Source: Blastocystis sp. subtype 4 (Eukaryota). Taken from it: a DNA stretch of 37,684 nt. Every line of letters begins with the position of its first letter. Position 1 is the stretch's first letter. Where the stretch lies: the NCBI RefSeq assembly GCF_000743755.1, contig NW_014569472.1, positions 1-37,684 on the forward strand, written 5' to 3'. The notes beneath the pieces were generated by a model. That model was not told where the DNA came from. It saw only the letters and a program-made list of their open reading frames with translations, and ran no database searches. The position numbers were made by a program, and so were the translations under genes. This document shows positions 26,197 through 36,592 of the stretch, in pieces.

Positions 26197-28053
26197 CTAT
26201 TGAGTTCCAGAAAGGGCTTCATATCGTTTCATTTTGTTATGGAACACAAAACCGTTGACTACATACTTATGGGTACTCTTTGACTGTTCTAGTACTATCT
26301 ATAAATACCATTTAAAAGTGTAGTACGAAACTTAACGACTTTGTTAAACCAACTCGGATATGATGTAGATCTATGGCTAAACAAAAGCGAATTCAATCAC
26401 AGGTTGTTCATTGTATCCAGTAAAGAGAGAATAGAAACTGACAAAACAAGGTACATAATCAATAGTGCTTTTGTGTACCTAGAAAGGTTAGGCTCCTCAA
26501 ATACTGCAGAATAGTTGAATACAAATCGGAAAACACAAGAAGCAACATTAATGAGCATGAGGATGAAATGGAGAACAAGTAATCCAGGAAGTTGTCCATT
26601 TCTCGTGTCTGTCAATTAGTTCATCTTGGTGTCCCTTACAATGTTTGATACAGATACAAATGAAAATTCCTAATAAACCTGAAAACGACATCCATAAAAT
26701 ATCTATATGCACTTCTTGACAAAGGGGCAAAAGAAGGATACCAAGAGAAGACTAATTATCATCGATAAATCCAAGATCTACTCCCAACAACGTAAAGAAG
26801 GAAATATTGTGAACAATCGTATATTTTGCATTCGTATCTGAATTTACCATATGGTTAATGGGACTAGCTTCGACATCAGATGATGATCGAATCTTCATAT
26901 ATCGATGATAAAGCAGATAAGCAACTTCAATAGTGCATAAACATCCAATTGGACTGATGAATTGAGCAAGGCCTGTAGAGAGCAACAGTCTATACTATAA
27001 TCCATCACAACATAGTACCCTAGTAAGATACCCGAAAGATGACCCAATAAGGATGAATTAGGAATAAGGACTTTCATAAGAATAAGTTGGACGAAAGGAA
27101 AGAGATTCACTGGAATACGGATCCTCGTAAAAGGAATTGGGATTTGATAAGTTGGAAAGCAGATTCCAAAGAAGTTTACTGAACATGGAGAATGGTCTGT
27201 TAGAAGGCTTACAGTCATCAGAGCGAAGAGAACACAGGAATAGCCCACACCCCATACATCCAAGAATCTAATATGAATCAATGGTAGTATCTTCACCTCA
27301 TATAACCCAGTCGAATCAATAGAGAGTAGAGGGTCATCAGGAGAATTTCCGTGAATACCATTAACCAGACAGAAATACTACAAGGAAAAAGTACTCTGGT
27401 ATCTACCTGAGATATTGAATACTGCCCCATTGTAATTCAATAGATGATAAGCTAAGAAGACTACTAACATTCATGGCCATATGGAGAATGCCGAGATGGC
27501 TTAATGAGGAGGAAAGAATCCTCCAGACTTCTCCTTGTCGAACAACGGAAACATAACTGGATGCAACACGAGTGACATCGACTTTATTGTTCCACAAAAT
27601 GAACCAGATAACTAATAAAATGGCAGCTATTATAGCAGTTCCTGGAGTGTATTTCAAATAATACTGACCTGGAACAAGCGAAGTGGCTATATATCACAAT
27701 TCCATCTAGAAAACACGATCAATCTTAACTTCCTTGTATACACGATTCAGTAAAGGAATTCTGAGAGATTTCCGCGACATACAGAAAACAGAAGACACAT
27801 TCTCCTTTCTCACACTAATCTGAATACGAGCATTGGTTTTTCGATCAAAACTCGTGAAGCCAGTATCCCCCGTTTTTAGAATGAGTCCATTCTCTTGAGG
27901 ATGTAGCACAAACTGCACTGATCGAAAAAGCTGATTAGCCAATATAAATTCATCTGGGTATGGGTTACTCACTTTGGTGTATTCCTTTTCTTCACCAGTT
28001 TGCTTTGTTCTCATTATTAAGCAAAAATGAATAATACAACACATAGAAGCCAT
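26197..28053 (-). CDS. Rhomboid-family intramembrane serine protease (RHBDD1/plant RBL13-like) with N-terminal soluble and C-terminal hydrophobic extensions; multi-intron
   Basis: Spliced translation contains WRILSSSLSHLGILHMAMN (WR and HxxxN motifs), GVGYSCVLF (catalytic Ser, 27237-27245) and GHLSG (catalytic His, 27039-27041). Exons are joined by ~29-33 nt introns, e.g. 27687-27716. Exact start and stop are uncertain. Confidence 0.85.
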
Positions 28054-28190
28054 CAAAATCAGGGTTGGTACAGGATGACAGAATCACCTTATCAATTCGT
28101 AACTTTGTTGTCCATGAGGAAATAAAGATAATAAAAATCGAAAAGAGGAGTAGAAAGCAAAAAGGACGCACCACCCTCATAAGAAAAATG

Positions 28191-28263
28191 CACCCCACCT
28201 GAGACTCGAACTCAGAATCTTCTGCTTAGGAGGCAAACGCCTTATCCATTAGGCCAGTGGAGT
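28191..28263 (-). tRNA. tRNA-Arg(CCT): tRNA-Arg, anticodon CCT
   Basis: 73 nt. Acceptor stem ACTCCAC/GTGGGGT, D-arm TGGCCTAATGGATAAGGC, anticodon arm TTTGC-CTCCTAA-GCAGA, T-arm CTGAGTTCGAGTCTCAG. A TTTTT Pol III terminator follows. Confidence 0.96.
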
Positions 28264-28347
28264 ATCACAGATTCTTCGAATTATTTCCTTATAAGAATTG
28301 TTATTGCACTTTCACTTCGTCTCGTCATTACTCCAAACGAACTCTTC

Positions 28348-28355
28348 AACAAACA
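28348..28355 (-). terminator. TGTTTGTT polyadenylation motif of the RAD23-like gene
   Basis: aacaaaca on the plus strand, 25 nt after the TAG at 28381-28383. Confidence 0.7.
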
Positions 28356-28380
28356 GATAATTTATTCATCGGAGATAATC

Positions 28381-29220
28381 CTAATTGAAATAACTCTGCG
28401 ACCACCGCTCCAAGTCCATGTTACTGTTAACATAGTATTCCATCGCTTGGTCAATGTCAGTACCTAGAATCTCCATAATTGTCATAATATCCTCGTTATT
28501 CTTAGCAGTCAACAACTTAAAGGCTGCAGGCTCACTACCCCTTATCTAACTAATGCAAAATCACTTTCCTGTGGTAGACTTCTGAATTTCCTCAATGTAT
28601 TGATCAAGCATAGAAGGATTACGTTCAAAGATCTACAATTCATACAACCATCAGATCATACACCATATAATTTGCAATCCAAATTCTTCAAGTTCTTTAA
28701 AAATACCGTTCTTAGAGAAGGATGATTATATACTTCAGTCAACGGTTCACGATACTTTCCTGTTGACATTTCCCTAGCAGCATATTCTGAATCGGTCAGA
28801 GGCTTTGGAGCAGGAGAAGGAACAGGAAGTTGAACAACGGTAGGAACAGAAACTCTCTGAGAAAGAGCAGCTCGTGGACTTGCCTCAAATGTCGTCTTCT
28901 TGGAAGAGGAAAAACCATTGGCAATAACCTGAGTACTTGATTCAACTGAGATAAAACAGAACAACTCGCCATCATCCGTAGCATTGTAGCGTGCTGGGGT
29001 TTCGTTGCTGTCCACAATAGAACCTTCAAATAGCTATGCCTCAGGTCAGAGGAGTAACTTTACGATAGAAATGAGGTGAGTGTCTAAATTAAGACGATCG
29101 TGAATCACCTTCAAAATATCTGCACCCTAGGAGGAAAGACAGAATCACAAAAATTACTGTCATACTGTTGGCCATACTAATGTCAATCTCCTTCACAGCC
29201 GGAAAAAAGCGGATATGCAT
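28381..29220 (-). CDS. RAD23/Dsk2-like ubiquitin shuttle protein (UBL, Ser/Pro linker, STI1/XPC-binding-like helices, UBA-like C-terminus); 4 short introns
   Basis: Spliced: MHIRFFPAVKEIDISMANSMT/GADILKVIHDRLNL.../LFEGSIVDSNETPARYNATDDGELFCFI (UBL-like). Then IFERNPSMLDQYIEEI (STI1-like) and DIMTIMEILGTDIDQAMEYYVNSNMDLER (UBA-like). Divergent. Confidence 0.6.
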
Positions 29221-29299
29221 GACTTCACTGTTAGAAACAAAAGAATGAACTAACATAACTGTGTAGTGGTTCTACTTGATAATTATGATACTAATTATC

Positions 29300-29307
29300 A
29301 ACAAACA
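29300..29307 (-). terminator. TGTTTGTT motif marking the 3' end of an unresolved small minus-strand transcript
   Basis: aacaaaca at 29300-29307 on the plus strand. Confidence 0.5.
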
Positions 29308-29918
29308 ACATAACAAGTCGTAATAATCGCTTTCTCTATTTCGAATAATGGTATAAATCCAGTCTAAATGAATTCATTGTGAATCTCTTCAAACAAGAGC
29401 ATGAACTAGTTTTAGATACCAATAGTGACACATCAGCAAGCAATTCAGCTTATATACAAGCTATGATTAATTTGTATATTTGAAGATCCAGAATTCAATA
29501 CTCCTATCCTTACAGATGACTACCAGTATGCCACTAAACTCCAACTGACCACATATATTGGTATCACTATCCAATACATAGAAACTATCATTACCATCAT
29601 ACCTCAATAATAAAAGCATATTTCCATCTCCAAAGTCAACTACCAATATCCCTCCTCCTCAGTTCGTTCTCATAATCGAAATAAATGAAATGGATACTGA
29701 CAAAAACCAGCAAATAATACTATTCCTCCTTTAACCAAAGAGTGAAGAGATGATCTGGTTTCTTAGAATTCGACCAACATGTATTTAGTGTGGATTTGAT
29801 ATCTATTTGAATGAAGCCGTCAGTTCTACATTCAATTTCGTATTATCCTAATGAAAGAGATTGATCATTAATGTCGTTGCGCTCTATCATTATTCTTTTG
29901 CTTTTCGTTCAATTGCGC

Positions 29919-30958
29919 ATGGTTCTCACTAAGTTGTCGTCTTATATGTAGACTTCCTTTCTAGTTTTTGGAAAGAATGGTTGGATTGGTGGAATGGTCA
30001 TCAAGCTACTTCAAGAAAAGGGTTACACAGTAATAGAAGCAGAATCTAGGTTAGAAAATGTCCAAGATGTAGCGGCTGAACTGGATAAGGTGAAGCCCGA
30101 TTTTGTGATTGATGCCGCAGGTCTTGTTTGAAACACTGGTGATGACCTCATTGGATAGACAGGAAGACCCAATGTTGATTGGTGCGAGTTTCATAAGGAA
30201 GATGTAGTTCGGTAGAGTTCTTTATTTTGTTTGATTTTAGCGTAAATGTCGTTGGAACGGTAGCTCTGGCAGATGCCTGTTGGAAACGTCAGATTCCTTG
30301 CACTATTTACGCTACTGGTTGCATTTATGAGGTAGATTAGTGATTGTCAGATCATTAGTAGTATGACTCTGAGCATCCAATGAATAGTGGTATTGGTTTT
30401 ACTGAGGAAGAGGAGCCCAACTTTAAGGGTAGTTTCTATAGCTATACCAAAACATTGGCTGAGAAGCTACTTCGCGTGTATTCAAATGTGTTACTATTGC
30501 GTGTTCGTATGCCCATCTCGGATGATTTGCATCCTCGCAATTTTATTACGAAGATTAGCAAATACGAGCGTGTTGTGAATATTCCCAATTCAATGTCTGT
30601 GCTTCACGATCTTCTTCCTGCTAGTATTGAAATGACTGTTCATGGTTTGAAAGTAGTGTTTCGTGTTTATTTAGACGGGTAGGGTGTGTACAACTTCACG
30701 AACCCGGGTGTCATTTCTCATAACCAGATTCTTGATCTGTATAAGCAGTACATTGATCCGAACTTCACCTACAAGAACTTCACTCTCGAAGAGCAGGCCA
30801 AGATTCTTGCTGCTGGACGTTCGAATAACGAATTGGATGCTACAAAGCTAGTAGAAGCATGTAAGGAATTCGGAATTGTAATTCCACCCATTCAGGAGTC
30901 GATTGTTGGTGTCTTTGAACGCATGAAAGCAAATCTAGCTAAGTTACGTGTTTATTAG
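29919..30958 (+). CDS. UER1: Bifunctional NDP-4-keto-6-deoxyglucose 3,5-epimerase/4-reductase (NRS/ER, UER1-like; L-rhamnose biosynthesis)
   Basis: Introns 29922-29951, 30126-30158, 30212-30240, 30332-30361 and 30653-30682 give MTSFLVFGKNGWIGG...AAGLTGRPNVDWCE...ATGCIYEYD...GSFYSYTK (YxxxK)...LRVRMPISDDL..RNFITKI..YERVVNIPNSM...GVYNFTNPG. The real stop may be poly(A)-generated at 30944. Confidence 0.93.
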
Positions 30959-32343
30959 AAACAGAGGTACAGACAAGCAAGAATACTCTTTTCGTATTCG
31001 TCATACTTTCCTGTACGTTTGTATACTTCAGCAGCTCTAAACAATACTTCATGTTGAGCAGCTTTCTCGTCTTGAATCATCTTGTTCAAGGTATCGAACT
31101 GTTCCGAAGTAATCTTTTCCACAATCAACAGTTGGTCAGCTGTCGCCAACAACAGAGAAGCATAAACTTTGAATAGAGGAGTTGACTTAGGAACACCTGA
31201 GAATTCCTTCGCCTCCTCACTCAATGAGTCATACACTGAAGGTAGCAACTCCTTAAGTTCTGCAGGTGAAGGACGCTGATAAAGACTTTCTTCGACTGTA
31301 TGCTTCCTCATCTCCATATTCAGCTGCTTCTCTGTCGACTGTAACTTTGCTGACATCTGATCTATTGCTAATTCTCCTAACATAATCGTACGGCCAAGCA
31401 TTTTGCCACTGTCCACCAGTGTCTGTTCCTCAGGACGATCCGTCAGAGAACGATTCAACGAATCTTTCTTCATATTTCGCTCAAGCTCACGAGCATTGGC
31501 TCTTATCGATGGGGCCACCATAGGATGAGCTACACGTTAATTTGACCACATACTCCAACTCTCAATGCCATTTTCCACAAGAGAATCAAAGGTTGGACGA
31601 CCCTTCAGACCGCGGCTCACTGCATCCTTCTTCATATTGTGTTCCAGTTCAGCAGCCGTGGCTGCAATGGAGTTGCTTACACCACTATCACCTACAAATC
31701 ATTTTATCCATTGACAAACTACGGAGCACACCACGATCCGTTAATTCAGCACGTTCAGGACGGTGATCTAACTCACGATGAACCGCATCCTTCTTCATAT
31801 TTCTTTCTAGCTCAACCATTCTTCCTGCAAGAACTGTGGACTCGGCTTTGTGCATAATGCCTCGGTCTTCTAGTTCTGAAGAATCACTGCGCTTTTCAAG
31901 CTCTCTACTAAGCTATACATCATTTTCGATAAAGACAATCCACAGAATCTTTCTTCATCTCCTTCTCCACAGATTTTACACGCGACACAAGAGATGGAGC
32001 AACGGAAGGACCTACATCTCAACATAAAGAAGGTGACTACTCAGTAACCCTTTTGCTTCCATTTCCTGTATAGTGGGTCTGTCATCTAATCCAGACCTAA
32101 TCTACGAGACATTTTCAAATACACACAAATATCTACGGTATCCTTCTTCATCTCCTTTTCCAGTTGCTTAGCCGTTGCACAAAGTGCGGGAGCCATTGAG
32201 TGTTCTATGTCGTAATGAAAGGTAAATTCGAAATACCCCTGGGTTCAGCGGGAGTGAATGAGAGCTCCAGTTTCGATGCTCTTTCAGCTATAGTCTAGAA
32301 GTGATACTCACTCTGAGTAATCAACAGAATTTCCTTCAGACAT
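30955..32343 (-). CDS. RPEL-repeat (G-actin-binding type) protein, ~6 repeats, ~8 short introns
   Basis: Spliced translation from MSEGNSVDYS repeats LExxMKKD..L..RP...EL..RG: IRSGLDDRPTIQEMEAKG, VHRELDHRPERAELTDRG, VSRGLKGRPTFDSLVENG, LNRSLTDRPEEQTLVDSG, ESLYQRPSPAEL. Confidence 0.8.
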
Positions 32344-32515
32344 TAAGATACGTGTAGATATTTTGTGTAACGGTATCGAAAGAAATGATTTTGGTGCGCC
32401 GCTGGATTGGTTGAACAACTTCGGGAGTTTCGTTGACATCTCAAAACACCATCTCTCTCCATTAATACGGTCCCTTGGACCTCTCTATAGATCCCATTAT
32501 CTAGTCTTCCAGGAG

Positions 32516-35500
32516 ATGAACCTTTTCAACTGGTTTAAACCAAAACAGGATCTTTCTTTGAAGCGAATGAAGTAAACTGTTTCGTTACAAAGTAATCCAA
32601 AGAGAATTGCACAGAGAGATCATCCGATTGCATGATGTTCCTGGAATTAGTGCTGACTGTGAACTCACAGAAGTGTTGCGTGAGTTAGCAGAAATCATGA
32701 TTCATGGAGAGAAGGAGAGCGATTCGTACTTTGAGTATGTGTTGTTTGGAGATGTCTGTTTTGTTTCCTAACTCTTTTGTAGATTCTTTTTGGAGGAGAA
32801 TATGTTGCAAGACATTATCAGTATAATTAAGCAGAACCGAAGTAATAAGATCAAGATTCAAATTATTCAGACCATTTCGATTCTGATCCAGAATATCAAG
32901 AACCGCACATCTCTCTGTATTTTTCTTTTCGACTTGTTGAGGATTAGTCTTCATTCTGTCCAACAACCACATTAATGATCTGATTACAACTCCGTTGGAT
33001 TTTATGGACGAAGATGTTGTTTCTCAGTACATTTCGTTTCTGAAGCTCTTATCTATGAACCTAACAACCGATACTGTTCAGTTCTTTTATAACTATGTGA
33101 TTGTTGGGATAGTATTTCATAAGTAGACGAAATCTGCAGACCCGTTCCCTCTGTTCTCGATTTGTAGCAAATTTTATGACAATCCAGAGCCAATGGTGCG
33201 TATTGCTGTTCGAACAATTACTCTGAACTGTCTAAAAGGTATTATCAATTCTCTTGGTTCAATCTAGTGAATGACAAAAATATTGTCTCTTATATGAGTC
33301 AGCCAAATTCTCTGAAGTATTTTAAGAAGCTTGTGTATTACGTTATATCTCTTGTAGTAACAATGGATAAGATGGTGGAAAAGAAGTAGGTGTTTATCTA
33401 TTTCCATTAATACCAGCAATTTTGCTCGAGTTGGTGAATTAACCAATAATATTATTGATCAACTCTTTTTCCTTCAGGATGTATTGAATATCCAAGTAGC
33501 TGTAGTTGAAGAATATTTAAAGAATCTACTGATGTCTGATTTCTTTGTGAAATACTGTTTCAATGTTATTCAGAATGCATCAAAGCATCTTGATCCATCT
33601 CCAGTAGGCCTCTTTTTGACTTAAATATATCTAGGATGCAATTCAGTTAAGAACCTCCTTATTTCTGTTAAGTTGTGTTATCAATACCATGAAAGATATA
33701 TCCCATCATAATCATTCTTATTATTTTCCTTCATTTGTACCCTGATCTTCAGAAACACATTCTTTCGTTATCCTTCCCAGAGAGAGATCATCTTAATGAT
33801 TCATATCTTCTACCTGATTCTCCTCTTCCTCCTGTATCTGTTGGAAGAAGAATGAGTATTTCTCAGTACTGTGTTAGGAAGGATGATTTGACTGTTAGTA
33901 TTAATCTTTCACCATCGGAATCCAATGAAGGAGGAGAGTCTATTGCTTTGATTAATGTTTTGGTAAGGTTTATGGTCAAGTGTGATACGAAGTCCTCTCC
34001 CGTACCTACTGAGGGATCTGAAGAGGGAGTTGACTCTGCAGAGAGTCCTGTAGAGAATACTGAAGTTGGTCCTGTAGAAAGTCCTGTAGAGACCACTACA
34101 GAGAACATTGAGGTTGGTCCTGTAGTGGAACCTGGAGAAGGATTTGTAAAGAATACTACAGAGAACACTGAAGTTGGTCCTGTAGAGAATACTGAGACTG
34201 GTTCTGTGGAAAACACTACAGAGAATGCTAGCACCAGTCTTGAAGCTTCTGCTTCTCAGGAAGGTCCCAAGATACAACTAGCTCCTGTATCATCAACTGA
34301 TGTCCAGGAGATGCCTGCTGACGATGATACACTCATTGTGATGGATAGTGATGACAGTGATGAAGTGGATACCACAACAGCTGCGACTCTAAATGATCTA
34401 GCCTTGCACTCGTTACAGCGTCGTGCTCGTCTTCTCAGTGCCAATACTCAAGATTCTTGTACTCCTTCTCATACCCGACATTGTTTATCTGAAGACTTGT
34501 CACTCTCCTCACCACCTCCTCACTCCCCTCTTGAATCTACTTTCAAGTATTGTCCCATCTTGCAACTTCTGCATGAAGGGGATGTGAGAGAATCATATTC
34601 AATTCATCTCTAGGATGCCATTCGTCTCCAACTTGTTCTTGTTCTTTTATCTTCATTCCACCAAAGTGTATACTCTGGAATCACGGCTTACGCTCAACAA
34701 CAAGCTCAAGGAATTCACTCTGTCTCTCCCACCGAAGAGGAACTCGTCGAGCGAGATAGTCCTGCTATCTCAGGATACTTCCTCTGTAATCATCGCTACG
34801 GTCAACCAGTTCTGGATGCTCTCTGCGAGGTTCTGCGTGGCCCTCATCTGCGTCCAGTTACCGCTCAGTGTTGTCTGTATGTCATGCGCTATCTGCTAAC
34901 CAATCACATCTATGGAGACACACTCCCCTTCGGAACTGTTCAGACTCTTGCTGACATGTTGTAGTATCTACAGAAACTAATTCATAGAATGAAAGAACGA
35001 GCTACAATGGTCCTCAACACACTCCATCTACTTCGTCCTCTCCTTCAGTCATCAGATGATCTCATCTATTCGTTCCTAAGTACTTGCTCCCAAGTTGAAT
35101 ACATTACTGGTTCCTCTCAAGCAGGGTTCATGATGAATTTCGATTTCAAGGGTATTCTTGAGTCGGTACGTTCCTTAGACGATTCTTATGTAGACATCAT
35201 CGCTCCTCCCTCTTGACCGAGTTACTAATACCACTTCTATCTCTGTTCCTGGACTCTATAAATGGACAGATGCCTCTGCTGAAAATGTGCAACAAAGTAT
35301 TCAGGCTTTTGTGATGCAATTGACCGAGTATCTCTTGCTCAGAGCCTTCATTTTCTTTGTCCTGCGAAAACAGTACGTGGAGGTGCCTCCTCAGCTGCTC
35401 ATGGATCCTGGATCCCCATTAGCAGTAGCAGGATCTCCTGAAGTTGATGGCAGTGCAGTGATGTCACCTAGACCTGTTAGTGTATCGCCTGGAACCACAC

Positions 35501-36176
35501 CTGAGGTGATGAGTACTGAAAGTGCCATTGTCCTATGTCATGTATTGGGAGTGGCTGTAGATGAGACAGGTATCGATCTGGAGCTGCAGAAAACAATGAA
35601 TCAACCTTCCATCTCTGTTAATCAGAAAGTGGAGATTAGTCGAGTTAATCGTTATTTGCCTTGTACAATCCTTCCTCCAGCCACGGCAGAGGTTAAACAA
35701 GGTCAAAGTGTCTATTTGGCGATTGGTCGGAGTCAACTCTCCTTATTAAGCATGGTGAAGGGAAGTCTGAAAGATGCAATGGTTCAACTTGTGTTCAGTC
35801 TCTATGAACTCTTAGATATTTGTATTGAAGATAATACAAGACGAACAGTGAGTATTCTTGTAGAGGTTCTTGCGATGCCTGATCGATAGATTCAGACTGA
35901 TAAGGTTCTGACAAACTGTGAGAAATTAATTGGGTATACATTACAGAACCGTCCAGGAAAATCTGTTTACAAGCTGTTGCTGCAATTTACAACCGCTCCT
36001 GCTTGTGTAGAGGCGCAACGCTGTATTATGGTTGCGCGGAATAAGGATATGGAGAAGAGGAACAGAGACGTACTTGTGTTATTAGTTTATCAGTCTAGAT
36101 TGAAGCACTGTTATCCAACAATGCCAATTCTCATGTTACGAAGGTTGAAGCAATTGTGAGTTCTGTAAACGAATAG
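32516..36176 (+). CDS. CLEC16A: CLEC16A/TT9/GOP-1 homolog (N-terminal FPL domain; endolysosomal/autophagy trafficking); many short introns
   Basis: EVLRELAEIMIHGE, FFLEENMLQDI, IQIIQTISILIQNI, SNNHINDLITTPLDFMDEDVVSQYISFLKLLSMNLTTDTVQFFYN, PFPLF, PEPMVRIAVRTITLN. Ends TAG 36174-36176, followed by TGTTTGTT. Internal exon boundaries are only partly resolved. Confidence 0.85.
34043..34227 (+). repeat. Imperfect coding minisatellite (cctgtagagaatactgaagttggt-like) encoding (P)VENT(T)E(VG) repeats
   Basis: SPVENTEVGPVESPVETTTENIEVGPVVEPGEGFVKNTTENTEVGPVENTETGSVENTTEN, with visible nucleotide repetition. Confidence 0.75.
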
Positions 36177-36181
36177 TATTG

Positions 36182-36189
36182 TGTTTGTT
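36182..36189 (+). terminator. TGTTTGTT polyadenylation motif of the CLEC16A homolog
   Basis: Exact motif 5 nt after the TAG stop. Confidence 0.85.
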
Positions 36190-36207
36190 AGTTTTCTTTT
36201 AAAGGCA

Positions 36208-36566
36208 ATGGAGAAGACTCCGGATTGGTATACCGAAATGAAGAAATTTATTTGTGAGATGAGGACAAACTATGTTGTATCTTCAAATAAGGGCTTTAAG
36301 TACATAGGCATATCACCGTTGTTTAGAAGAGATCGCTTTGCTAGCGAAACAAGGAGACTTGTATAATCCTTATGAATAAGTATAATAGTAGAACCAAGAT
36401 TGAAGAAAAGAAGAAACAAGCTGCAGAAATGTTTCGAAGGTTTACCATGCAGATAGACAGTTTAGAAAAGGAAGCTGTAGGAAAAAGAAGGAAAGGTGAG
36501 ATGTAGATTGTAGATGACTCTATTTTCAAGTTGGAATTGGACCGGATAGAACAAAATTCTCAATAG
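36208..36566 (+). CDS. Small (~88 aa) helical/coiled-coil hypothetical protein, 3 short introns
   Basis: Three 30-34 nt GT..AG introns give one open frame: MEKTPDWYTEMKKFICEMRTNY(V)AYHRCLEEIALLAKQGDLTKIEEKKKQAAEMFRRFTMQIDSLEKEAIVDDSIFKLELDRIEQNSQ*. A TGTT-rich tail follows. Confidence 0.6.
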
Positions 36567-36592
36567 TGTTATTTGTTTCAAAGCAACACCGA

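Noticed and set aside
27992..28198. 68-aa hydrophobic minus-strand ORF
   Set aside because: It starts at GTG inside the tRNA 3' end and runs through its T-rich terminator. It is likely spurious.
30228..30235. TGTTTGAT as an internal polyadenylation signal in UER1
   Set aside because: It lies inside the T-rich intron 30212-30240, and the conserved coding sequence continues downstream.
32221..32290. GGTTCAG/TTCGA-like segments suggesting a second tRNA
   Set aside because: No cloverleaf can be formed. The region is exon and intron sequence of the RPEL gene on the minus strand.
33863..34444. Minus-strand ORFs over the repeat region, or a possible CRISPR-like array
   Set aside because: They are antisense to the CLEC16A coding minisatellite. 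The units are tandem without unique spacers, in a eukaryotic context.
36462..36592. C-terminal extension of PSTK given by the ORF track
   Set aside because: It overlaps a convergent spliced gene. A poly(A)-generated stop at 36593 is more parsimonious, though unverified.
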